Source of the DNA: Mytilus californianus
Taxonomy: Eukaryota
Length of the DNA: 64,000 nucleotides
Assembly (NCBI RefSeq): GCF_021869535.1
Contig: NW_026262723.1
Span: 59,458,001 to 59,522,000 of the forward strand
Direction of reading: 5' to 3'
A model generated the notes under the pieces. The model was not told the origin of the DNA. It saw only the letters and a program-made list of their open reading frames with translations, and made no database searches. Position numbers and translations under genes: made by a program. Below, piece after piece: positions 25,501-37,750 of this stretch. Position 1 is the stretch's first letter, and each line of letters opens with the position of its first letter.

Positions 25501-28500
25501 ATGAAAATGGGCATAATAAGACAGTTTTGGCGTTCCATATTATTCTACTGAACTACTGGTCTTTCAAGAATTATGACTTCTTTAGTGTTGATATAATTTC
25601 TGACACGCATTGTATTTGCGGTTGTAAGAAGGCACATTAATTCTTCTTATAATGCCTATTATACAAAATCCAAAGAGAAATTCTGATAAACAATCTTAGT
25701 TTGATTCCTGATGACAAAATAGTTTGAAAGATATGCAACATGAAAAGTTACTTGCATAACATTCAAAATCATTTATTTGTATACACTCATAATAACCTAT
25801 TGCTTTCATCTACATATGACAAACTATAGTAGGATGGTCTGACTTTTTTTTATAATTGTTATTTCTTTTTTTTACTGAAATCGCTCAAAAGTAAAACGAA
25901 TTTCTTTGTTTTTACTTTAGTTCATTCTTAAAATGAACAAGTGACTTGGAAGAGAAATTTCATGTAAACATTTAAACATTTTGTCAACATTTTGTGGGGT
26001 TAAGCTAGTTTTTTGTGGAATGGTTCCTTGTATATTTTCCAAATATCCAAATATAACTGACCAATCAAAACATTCAAGCTTATATTTACTTAGAGGCCCT
26101 TCCAGGGTATAGAAAAATGTGGAAGAAGTTATATGTTATTCTAAAATACAAAAAGTTTTCAATGATCAACACAAAAATAGTTATTAAAATAACTTGCCTT
26201 CATTCTATATTTTGGAATAAAAGTATTTTAAGGGTATATTCAACTTTTATAACTCAAAATAATGTTTTGTTGATAATAACTTTCTTTCACTTATATAAAC
26301 TTACCTTATATATCTATGTCAAGCTTCAGTTTCATGACTTACTAGATAAAATGTCTATTTCATTACACTTTACCGCATAATCACTCGTAAACACCCACCT
26401 AATTCACTAAAAAAAATTCAATCCCAACTGGCTTCCATACCTACCGTGGTACTACTGGATGCAAGGTAAAGAAGCCTTTCTATCGCCACTGTAAAGAATA
26501 AGAGGTTCAAAATCAATTTCGCAGATATGACAAAAAGAGGCTAGTTCTAGGACACCTTCGACATGACATTTTTTTAGGGCATTTTTGTAGAATGTTTAAA
26601 TGTAACATTTGATCGATTTAATAGAAATGTTTTATCATATTACTCCCAGTTTTTCCAATGAAATTAAAGCAAACTTTGTAAACTGATATTTATTTATTGC
26701 ATCAGATATTATGATACATGCAAAGTTGGTAACAACATTATTGAAACATGGGATTGAACTACCTAATCCTGACTGTAGCCATTTGTGTTCAATTCGTTCT
26801 TCATAACATTTTTTGGTTTATAAGCTTTGAATTTTTCAAGTTTTTGATTTCATCGAGCATCACTGAAGAGATATCTGATTTGGCCTTTTTAAGGTCCTAT
26901 TTGGTAATATAGCTTTTCAATTGTTTTGGTTCTTGTACATCCTTGGCTTTCAAATATTAGGCTTTGAATGTTCCTGATGAAGATTTGAACAAAACATGAC
27001 TGATTCATATACAAACCCTTAATTGAGTTTTGTGATATAGACTGTATTTTGAACCTAATCTAAACATCTCCCTCTTCCTTGATTTTTATCTTCCCTCGAG
27101 CTTGGATTATAGTTTTCCATAGTTATGTAACGAAATAATTTAAGATCAAAACACAATTTATTCCCAAATGACACGATATTGTAATACCAACCATATGTAC
27201 TCAGTTTTCTTATTTATTTTGACATAACAAAAAGCGGTCTTGGATGCATTAAAACAAGATTGAGATCAACATCCCGTATATATAAAGTAACTTTTTATCT
27301 ATATTTCCCAAAAAGTAAAGCTGTGATCAGAAAGGGTTGTTGTTTGCATGCTGGTGTGAATTCCTATGCAAAATGAGTATTGTGCATTTCCCTTTACAAA
27401 ATAAGGAGATGAGGTATGATTGCCAATGAGACAACTATCCACCAAAGTTCAAATAAAGTGGATGAAAGCAATTATAGGCAACCGTTCGGCCTTCAACAAT
27501 GAGAAAAACCCATACCGTATATAAAAAGTTCCGACATGAAAAATATGAATCAATTAAATTGAGAAAACTAACGGCCTAATTTATAACAAAACAATTAACG
27601 AAGAACAAATATGACAGACATGAACCAACGACAACCACTGAACTACAGGCTTCTGACTTGGGACAGGCACATACAGAATGTGGCGGGGTTAAACTTGTTT
27701 GTGAGCGCTCAATCCTCCCCATAACCTGAGACAGTGGTGAACAGCACAACTTAAGAACAAACTATAAAAATCAGTTGAAAAAAGCTAACTTATCAGATCG
27801 ATACAATTAGAAAAACATCAAACATAAACACAGACTGGACGTGGCAGGACATTTTTCCATCCCTCATCCGTAACAACAAAAGGACACTAAGTACAGTTCT
27901 GAGAGTACTCGCAGTTACTGACAGCTAATTCAAAGCCAATAACAACTGATAAAAAAAATCATGTATCTAAGACTAAAATATCAATCAGTACACATCCAAC
28001 ATCCATGGATTTAGTGTAAAGACGTCATTAACAGTCAGAGAAAAACCCGACCTTGTGCTATGCCAAAATTGACAGATTGAGTACCTTTTAAGTGCATATG
28101 TGTATAACAGAACTATTGTATGATTTTGATTTACTGATAACTAAATCAATATTTATACCAATAAAAAAAAATATTCAAAGATCTAATTTGCCCACTTTTA
28201 TAAGTCTGAGGTTGTCCTATAGACCAAGAGTTTAGATTCCTGGTATTGTTATCTTAAATACTCCGCTAAAAAGATTTGGAAAACACCCGGTTTATAGTGT
28301 CTTTGAACTTGTATTTCTCATGAAGTAGAGCTATTGTAAATATGAAAATGACTCTAGGCATCTATGTTGCTCTTTTTTTTTGCATGTTAACACATCACCG
28401 GATTTGTACTTACATGAGCAACACGACGGGTGCCAGCGTGTAACAGGATATGCTTACTCTTTCGGAGCACCTGATACCACCCCCACTTTTTGGTGGAGTT

Positions 28501-29984
28501 CGTGGTGCTCTGTCTTTGGTTTTCTATGTTGTTTTGTGTACTGTTGTTTGTCGGTTTGTCTTTTTCTTTTTTGGCCATGGCGTTGTCAGTTTGTTTTCGA
28601 TTTTTGAGTTTGAATGTCCCTTTGGTATCCTTCTCCTCTCTTTTGTCCTGACTATGTTTAGTATATGTTGATTATGCATCTCTCTTTGTCTGTTTGTATT
28701 AGGCTTATGTTGTCAAAATGTTTCGATTCTGAACTGTGATGTTGAATAATACAAAAAACAACATTAGGATCATCGTCCGTTTAAAGTGTCTTTGAATTTG
28801 TATTTTTCATATGTTGAATAAGAATAAGGTTTCTGGTTTCTTGTTGTTTTTGCATGTTGTTTTGACTTTGTGTATCGTATGTCAGTTGTGCAATTTTTCT
28901 AGTGGTTTTCATTAGTCTAAATAATTGTGTTAACAAGATCTTTTCGACTTCTGGCAAATTTTGTCGCTTTGATATTCTTCTACATATATATTCATGAAAT
29001 GTCAGATCGGGTGTTCTCAATATTTTAAAACGTCATTTTCCTCGAAGTATCACGTCCAATTATTCGCTCCTTTTTTAAAGGGTTAATCAATTTGTGTATA
29101 CATAGATAAGAATAATGTATAACCTTTCCAGTGGTAAGCCCGTAGATTAAATAATAAACCAATTTTTTCTTTACCAAGAATGAAATAACTAACTTATAAA
29201 TTGTTAAAAAAAAAAAAAACATTTTCCTTGTGTAATTTCATTTTGTTGTATATATAAATAAATGGATAACAAATAGATCAAATATCTTCAATGGGATCAC
29301 TCAACTTACAACTAATAACAAAAATTGTCACTGGTTTCTAAATAATTCATCATAAGAGTTTCTCGGTGATAATAAGACACATAGAACATACAACAATATA
29401 TGGTAAAGTTTTTTGTTTTTTTACAAACATAATTTATAAAAGATGTAAAGCATATTTATACATTTATTCCATCTATGGTTGTCAGCTTTGCCAATGTATT
29501 CCAGAGTTGTAAACTAAACATCCTCAACTAGGTGTGTTGGAACAAAAGCTTATACTGCCACTCGTTCTATAAGTCAAATGATGTGTTCATTTTATTAGTA
29601 ATATGATTGTTATTCACATTTCTGGGATCTTCGCCAAATACACAGGATAAAGATGAAGAAGCAGTCAATATGTTGTTACTTATACAGCTTCGATACTGAA
29701 CAGTGAATTTTTTTTTAGAATTTATTGTTTTATTCTATATTTAAATAAAAAAAATAAGTGATTACAAAAATTAAAACAATAAATAAGGTGAATAAATTAA
29801 AAAAGTTTTAAATGCCAATTGTTTTTTCAAGTTCCATTATTTAATTTTTCTAATGTTTTTTTCAAAATTTTACCAACGATTTATTTTATTGATTTTGATA
29901 TTTCGTCAAAAAATGAAATTCTGAATAATTTGAATCAGATATTAACAAAATAGTACGAAAACAATGTTTATAATACACACAAAT

Positions 29985-30273
29985 CTACTGCTGAAAAGGC
30001 TCAATTGTTATTGACACATTGTCTTTGCCTTTCGCATTCCTAAATATGCTTGTAACTTCACCGTGTGTCAGGCCTTTAGTTTGTTTTCCATCCACTGCGA
30101 TTATTCGATCAAATTGTTTAAGACCTGCCTTAGCAGCAGGGCCATCAGAGGAAACATAAGACACGTATACGTCTTCATTTACATCCTTTCCACCGACAAA
30201 ACGTAAACCATACCCAGACGATTCAGGTACCAGAAACAAACCTTTCGATTTTGGGTTTGGTTTCGAAAAGGAT
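29985..30273 (-). CDS. B-box-PDZ gene 2, exon 2: single PDZ domain
   Basis: Acceptor ttttcag|A TCC TTT (phase 2); SGYGLRFVGGKD..VYVSYVSSDGPAAKAGLKQFDRIIAVDG...LTHGEV..VSITIEPFQQ*. Confidence 0.9.
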
Positions 30274-31874
30274 CTGAAAATCATAATAGATTTCATTAAC
30301 ATATATATCTGATCATTTTAAAAATTGTATTTTTAATTTTCTACCTTTATATTTAAGTGTTGTTAAAATAACAGGCATAGGCACGAAAATTAGTAAAAAA
30401 ATCATCATGTAAGGGCTATAACTCTGTAAGGATTTATGCAATGGTTTCGGTTATTTGACAATATAATTTTTGAGATAATAGGCAAATGTATTAACATGTA
30501 TCCATACATATTCAAATACCACTTACAAGTATCAAATATTATAGACCGAGTATCATGTCCTCAAAAGAGTGTTTAAAATGAGGCAATTATTTGAATCAAT
30601 TTAATAGATAGATGAGTAAATAATGGTTTGATTTTCCTTTGTCGAAATGAACATGATGAATCTCTCCTAATTACAATGTATGGTTTATAATTTTTATTGA
30701 TCATTATATTAATTCATATATGCAATATGCTACTTTTATATCAAGACCATACGAAATATTTATATAATTGTTGTTTCTTTCATTGAAAATATATATATTA
30801 AGCTATGTATCATATATTATAAATATTTCTCCTTTAGGGCCTATATATTAAAGATACTCAATTGATGATATATGTAAAATCTAGAATAATGATAGGGATG
30901 GTAAACTATATGGATGGAGAGTTGTCTCATTGGCACTCATACCACATCTTCTTATATCTATATACTTGATTGCTTGATACTAACCCGCTTTTCGTTTCTT
31001 AGACAGATTATAGTTTACTCTAACACACGTCATATAAATACAAAAATAAACCAGCTTTCCAATGGCAAGAAAAACAAGTGGAGATAATATGAAAATATAA
31101 GCCGCTTGCTGGCGCTCTTTGATTCAATACATTGTTTACTCAACAGTCCCTTCGAAAACCCATTATCTCTTATAATCCGCCATTTTCTACATTTGAAAAT
31201 GCCTGTACCAAGTCAGGAATATGACAGTTGTTGTCCATTCGTTTGATGTGTTTTGTCTTTTGATTTTGCCATGTGATTAGGGACTTTCCGATTGAATTTT
31301 CCTCGGAGTTCAGTATTTTTGTGATTTTACTGTTTTTTATAAAAAAGTAAATTAATCGTCTTTATTTCATCAACAAATGTTGTAAATAACTCATATCATA
31401 AACTGATTTTATGAATTAAATATATGTTGAAGTTCAAAAAACTAAAAGATAAACTTCGAAATCCGAATTAAATACCGTTGCGACGCGTAGCTTTTTAGTT
31501 TCCGGGTAGTTCAAAGCTGGCACAATTTTGTTCTGGTGGATGAATATATGTACGAGGCGGTGTAATGATAATTTTGAATGTGCTTTTCTCATTGTAAAAA
31601 GTTCAAGAACGTTTCCAGCACCGATTAACGAGCAAAATTTCCCTAAGTATCACGATTGAAAGATTTCCCCTCCTAATATCCTGATCTTTACTGCCTTTTT
31701 AAGGCTTCCACATTAATAGAAAAACAGAATACAATTTCAAATGATGTTAGCAGATTTTAAGTGTGAATATTATGTCAGGTTCTTGAAAAAAAACGTTGTT
31801 TTCCAGATGTGAAAAAACGAAATAATTGGTATACAGTTGTTAAATTACTATAAATGGAAGCACCTATAACTTAC

Positions 31875-32632
31875 AAAAATTTGACACCTCCTAGTAAATC
31901 CTTGATGATGTTTTCGTCGACTGGTTTTGAACGATATGTAACAGTAGGTACATCAGGCAGGTTTGGAAGTTCCATTGTTTTCATGTCATCGAGAAGTTTC
32001 TGAATTTCAAAAACAGACGACCCGGTTGCTTTTTTCTGTCCAATTTCATCTAACTGCTGTTGCCATTTTTTGCATGTAGTTGAAATTGCATCATCAACAC
32101 ACGTAGGATAATGTTTTTTCACGTTTCCACGAGATTTCCTAACGTTTTCAATAATTGCGCTAACCATTTTGTCAACACTAGACTTTATTAGTTCACCTTG
32201 TTTCGAAATCGCTCGCTCAAGCTTTTCGCTCTCCTTCTCATAAGACGTTGTCATTGATTTCATGCCACCGCTTTTTCGCTTAAAATCATTTACGATTCCT
32301 TTCATTTTTGTAGATGCTTGGTCGTGCAAAGATGAAAATATTTTATCCAAATCCTCCACGCTATGGCCATTGTGGTTTTCGACTAAACAAGCCTTACATA
32401 ACGGAAAATCGCAATCGTTACACATAAACATTTGTCGATTAATATGCCTACAGTAAAACTCTTCCTCTTGGCCTATCTCGTTTCTTTTTCCAAATACATG
32501 ATTACGTGCCATATTTGATCTTAGATGAGCAGTCTTACAGTTGTTACAAAAGTATTGTCGGCATTGTTTACAGTACTGTGATCCTGGTGCTTGAACACAA
32601 ATTTCGCAAGTTCCAATTGGAGATTGTGCCAT
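31875..32632 (-). CDS. B-box-PDZ gene 2, exon 1: RING-less B-box1 + B-box2 + coiled coil; spliced product ~348 aa
   Basis: ATG at 32632 (MAQSPIG); same B-box Cys/His pattern as gene 1; ends AAA TTT TT|gtaagt (phase 2). Confidence 0.9.
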
Positions 32633-33262
32633 TTTCCTTTTATCGTATAGACGTTGAAACCGAAAAAGCACGAATATCTATACTTCCTGTTTATCCCAGT
32701 GTCAATTGCATCTCCTCATATGTTTTCCTGTTCCAGGAAAATACTATCATGTTCCTAATCACTATTGTTATTTTGTAAGTTGCGGTAATTACTTTTACAT
32801 GGTATAAATTTCAATGGTATCTTGTGTACTATTATGAGTTTTGCATATTAACGTAAAAATGGTTCATGTGGAGTACGATTCATGTAATAAGAGACAGGTG
32901 CTATATGATGAGCTCCCCATGTATATAAGTGCATGTTTGCTCTACTTATCATCATATTTTCGGTTATTATATATAAAATTTTGCGAGAAGTCGTATGCTA
33001 CTCAGATACAAACTTGCGGGAAATCGTATGCAGCTTTAATTTGAAAACATTACCCTACGTGTGTTGATGATGCAATTTCAACTACATGCAAAGCAATACG
33101 TTATTTTTTAAAAGTCCCAACGGAAATTTAAAAATATATATATAACTGACATCTGACAGACTAATGAAACCCCTTGTCATTGATAATTATTCAATGTGTT
33201 ATTATCTTGCGGCCTACACCTTTTTTGTTTCTGCATTCATGATGTTAACTATCCGTTAAAAA

Positions 33263-33625
33263 AAAAATGAAAATAACACGTTATAAATTTCATGCGTCTG
33301 GATTTACCTTCATCAGGAACGCTCAAAGCCGAATATTTGAAAGCCAAGGATGTATAAGGACCGAAAACGTTGACGAGCTATAAACCAAAAAGGGACCTAA
33401 GAAAATAGCCAAATCCATCTAAGGCCAACTTTGCCTGAGGGAGTTGAAACCTTAGTTTCTGTATAATTTCAAAATTTATAAACGGGCAATTTTAAATAGT
33501 TTGTTATAAATCATGTCAGTACCGAAGTACTGACTACTCAGATGATGATACCCTCGGGGACTGATAGTCCACCAGCAGAGGTATCGACTCAGTGCTGTAA
33601 AAAAATGAAAACAACACTTTAAAGG
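33263..33625 (-). mobile_element. One complete monomer of the hammerhead-bearing family B repeat (retrozyme-like), ribozyme disabled
   Basis: Bounded by direct repeats atgaaaa(t/c)aacac at 33267 and 33605 (period 338 nt); the hammerhead at 33294-33322 keeps CUGAUGA but lacks ~13 nt covering GAAA and stem III. Confidence 0.6.
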
Positions 33626-34067
33626 TGTTTGGACAACAGGTTCAATATCGCGGTGTGTGTGGTACAAAAATGACATAATAAGTTTATATAATATAACACA
33701 ATGTTGACTGCTATACCCCTATTTTTGACATTTTTACCTTTTATATCTGGGTTTTTTTTGTTCACACATTGTTGTAATTATATTGGAATTGTATGCGACT
33801 GTCATACAAGTGAGAGGTTTAGCTAGCAATAAAACCAGGTTTAATCAACCATTTTCTACATAACATAAGGAAATACCTGTATCAAGTTAGAAATATGATT
33901 GTTGTTATCCATTCGTTATTTTTGTTTGAGCTTTTGATTTTGCCATTTGATAAGGCACTTTCTGTTTTGAATTTTCGTTGTAGTTCGGTATTTTTGTTTT
34001 TTCATATTTTCATTACACTTGGTAAAAAAAGTAAGTACTTTGCATCGGAATTAAACATATTCATTCT

Positions 34068-34695
34068 AAAACCAGTTGTTGGCATGACACGGGTTATGTT
34101 CTTCTCATATATTTTATGATGGTATAACACTAAACCCCTAACAGGAGGGATTGTGCCTGATATTCATATGATGAAGACATAATCTTTCAATCAGTTTAAT
34201 TGAGGTCTGGAGCTGGCATGTCAGTCACTGCTAGTAGTCTGTTGTTATTTATGTATTATTGTCATTTTTTTATTTTCTTTTGTTTCCTATTCTGACATCG
34301 GACTCGGACTTCTCTTAAACTGAGTTTTACTGTGCGTACTGTTGTACGTTTGTTTTTTCTACATTGGCTAGAGGTATAGGAGGAGGGTTGAGATCTCAAA
34401 AACATGTTTAACCCCGCCGCATTTTTGCGCCTGTCCCAAGTCAAGAGCCTTTGGCCTTTGTTAGTCTTGTATCATTTTTAATTTTAGTTTCTTGTGTATA
34501 ATTTAGAGTTTAGTATGACGTCCATTATCACAGAACTAGTATACATATTTGTTTAGGGGCCAGCTGAAGGACGCCTCCGGGTGCGGGAGTTTCTCGCTGC
34601 ATTGATGACCCATTGGTGGCCTTCTGCTGTTGTCTGCTCTATGGTCGGGTTGTTGTCTCTTTGACACATTCCCTATTTCCATTCTCAATTTTAAG
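34068..34695 (+). repeat. Abundant interspersed repeat
   Basis: Shares the catgtttaaccccgcc..cctgtcccaagtca.gagcc module with 44170-44230 and, in reverse, 27650-27700. Confidence 0.6.
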
Positions 34696-35714
34696 TAACC
34701 AATAAGTACAGAAATGATGCTCACTTTATGATTGAATAAATAATAATTCTATACGCTCTTGCATTAAGCTTCAATTAATGAAACATTTATTACGAATGCA
34801 ATTTTGTTATGTTATTTTCTTAATAAAATAGTTTCTTTTGAAATATTCTTAAATTCGAAGTTTGCGTTTTAAATTCAAACTATGGAAAGGAATTTGAATT
34901 AAAAAAAATCATTATTCAAATATCCAAGATGATCTTTTCGTGTACATAAAACAAAGTAACATATTTTAAAACCATGGTTATCAACACAAATTCACATGTG
35001 TTTAGGATTCATTTAAAAATATCCTCCAACTTTATCAGTCCATGAGACATACGTCTTGTCTATAGTTTAAGTCTCAATCATTTCATTCTGAAAAAATAAA
35101 ATTGTATTGTCAGAAATAAATTCTCAGCTTTACTGCATTGTATTTCGACTTAAATTTTATTTTCTCCTGCCTTCTCCTAGCGTAGACTAGTACTTTTTCA
35201 TTTTATGTCCATTATATGCTTGATCATAATCACATTATATATGGATTCTACTACTGCATCGAGTGTGTCTCCAGTTGAGACAGTTAATTTTTTAGAATTC
35301 AAATAGCGAGGCTTGATGAACTTTCTAAGTAGTTAAAATTTAACTGTCGAGAGTGGTAAAATATCGTAGTGCACGAGTCGCGGCGGTTGATTCTGTTCCC
35401 CTAATGATTCAAGACTACATGAAGACAAAATTTATCTTTTATTTTCGATGATCTGCAAACAAGTTATGTTCTTTATATGTAACATCAGGTATGATCGCCT
35501 TTTTCGTTCCGTCACTATATGAAATTCAGAGGAAAGCAAGAAAAAAGTTGTACCATAAATGAGTTTTGCCCAATGAATAATTGAGATAAAACGAACCACA
35601 CGTTGTTTATAAATAAGATAATCAACCAATCGCGAAAAGTATAAATTGGGTAAACATATACAACGTATTGTTTTAAATAATCTATGCATAAACTTCTTAG
35701 ACTATCTACAAATA

Positions 35715-37750
35715 GAACTCTTCTCCATGTCAAGAGTCAGTGCGTTGTAACCATGATTGCAACGATGTACACTTTCCTAAACTGATCAGAGGAATGTCAT
35801 TATTCTTAATTCCATTTATGAATGGCGAATTTATAGCTAAGATAAATTTACACAAAATTGTGTGCACAATGACGAGACAATTATCACTACGCTTTTTTTG
35901 TATAATAGTTGACACATATAATGATTTTCTTCGAGCCGTTTTATCGAGCTTTATTTTTCAAAGTATTTCTTTTGATATAGTCAAGAATCGATTTGATCAA
36001 ATGTGATTTTCTATTTAGAATAGTATCAGTTATATAAAAAGCATTTACCAATCAGGTAGCTAGTTAAATTTATCACACTTATTCCAAGAAGATCATACAG
36101 ATTTAGTATTTGAAAATAACAATCCGATTTATGACTTTAATTTTGATTTGGAATTATATTTTGTCGGAAACGGATATTTTTAAATTTACGGAAATAGGTA
36201 TAATGATTATGTACTATCTTGTTTATCAATATTTTAGTAAAAATGAGTTAGATTGGACATCTAAAAGTTAGTATAGAAGAAAAGTCTTTAATAATTTAAA
36301 ATCCATCACTTCCTGTCCACATGTTAAAAGAACCATTTCCCTTTTATTGCATAAGACTTACTCATTGTATATTTGAATATTCTTTTAATTTAAAATCGAA
36401 ACTGAATCTATATGTAAATCAATTTTTGATATTCAAAATCTACTTATGAAAAACTATAAGATTTTCAAATTAGGTAACCAGATCAATTATATTTACTTAT
36501 GCTTAATTTATTAATGTTCCACGAAGACCGTATTGATTGAGTTTTTGAAAAATAGACTGACTTAAAGAATTTTTGACATTTGAAATCTACCAATGAAAGA
36601 CTATAAGATTTACAAATCAGGTAACCAGATCAATTATATTGAGTTGTATTCAATTTATGAAATGTTCCCGTATTGATTGAATTTTTGAAAAAAAAATTAA
36701 AACCTTATATGATGAAAAAATTATTGAAAACATGTTTTGAAAGAAAGTGATATTGCTTGATAGTAACAATTGTTAGATTTAGTGGTTTCACTTATGTGTT
36801 CAACTCCTATATTGATTGGCTTCAAAATGATTTTTTTCTGAAATATTTGCATTCCATGCAAAACATAACTTAAAATTCTTGTCACCTTTTTTTGGTGCGA
36901 AGAAACCACTTACGACTAAGCGCCACATAAATAAAAGACCATGGGAGATTCTGGATGGAGTAAACAACATTGAAAATAATGGGTAAAAACTACAAAAAAA
37001 CGATATAAAGAATAGAGAAAATAAGACCAAGAAAATAGAGAAAAATGTGGGACTAAAATATAAAGAATAGAAAATAATTGGCAAAAATTATAAAGAAATG
37101 AAAAAATTGGTATAAAACATTCAAGAATAAAGAAATGAGTATCTCCAATCCAGACCCGCCTGTAGTGTACAATCAATACCGACAAATAATTTGCGGCTTA
37201 AGAGGTTATTTTCACTATATGAAATTCTCGTCTCAATAACTCAATGTATTTTAAAATTTTTTGGAATAACTGGTTTACGTCATCTGTTCTCCACAAGACT
37301 TGAGAAAACATTAAAATTTATGCACGACTTTATTAAACTTTATGTTGTAAGGAAGCGTGACTGGTATGCATTCCATATCAACATACAAAATAACTATGTG
37401 TTTGTTAGTATCACAACGCCATATGATTCTTACATTTATGATGCACGCTTACCCATAAAATTTAATTTGTTACATTAGAGGTCACCCGACATTCCTTCGC
37501 GAGGTTAATTGCTATATTTGTGGTCATTTCGTAAAACTTGTATCATAGTATGCTTCATTATTTAGCAATTAACAATAAATAACACTTCAAAAATGTTAAA
37601 CCATATATACCTGGGTCACACATGAGCGAAGGTTAAAATTAATTCCTTGTTATATGTGTGGTTATATTTATAGAACATGGACTTCCTGCGTTCTTTTTTT
37701 AACATTTGTTTTAAATAATTGCTTATTTAAGGGTTAATTTTACGCGACCA
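35715..37750 (-). pseudogene. Orphan duplicate of the bZIP-2 leader exon and intron 1, with no intact coding exons
   Basis: Colinear matches to 41440-43200, e.g. gagacaatta, ttccaagaaga, gaagacc.tattgattg.gtttttgaaaaatagactgactt, atgttgt.aggaagcgt, and the tacctg..ggttaaaa.taattccttgt..tagaaca block. Confidence 0.55.

Larger units (their letters stand above)
18305..25539. mobile_element. Foldback-type composite element: two inverted left ends of an IS3EU-like DNA transposon
   Basis: Arm 18305-19860 is the reverse complement of arm 24256-25539; outer termini TATGG...CCATA; flanks ttatac / ttattc (5 of 6 match); each arm holds a 21-bp array and a decayed transposase-like fragment. Confidence 0.65.

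Noticed and set aside
25708-25740. CTGATGA...GAAA spacing that looks like a hammerhead (CTGATGA alone also at ~734 and ~44078)
   Set aside because: No convincing stem I/III pairing or NUH site here; the other two lack the GAAA box.
35134-35450. Possible decayed bZIP exon 1, or a ubiquitin-like short frame (KLTVSTGDTLDAVVESI)
   Set aside because: Only patchy similarity, wrong length for the 213-nt exon and several stops; not supportable as a CDS.
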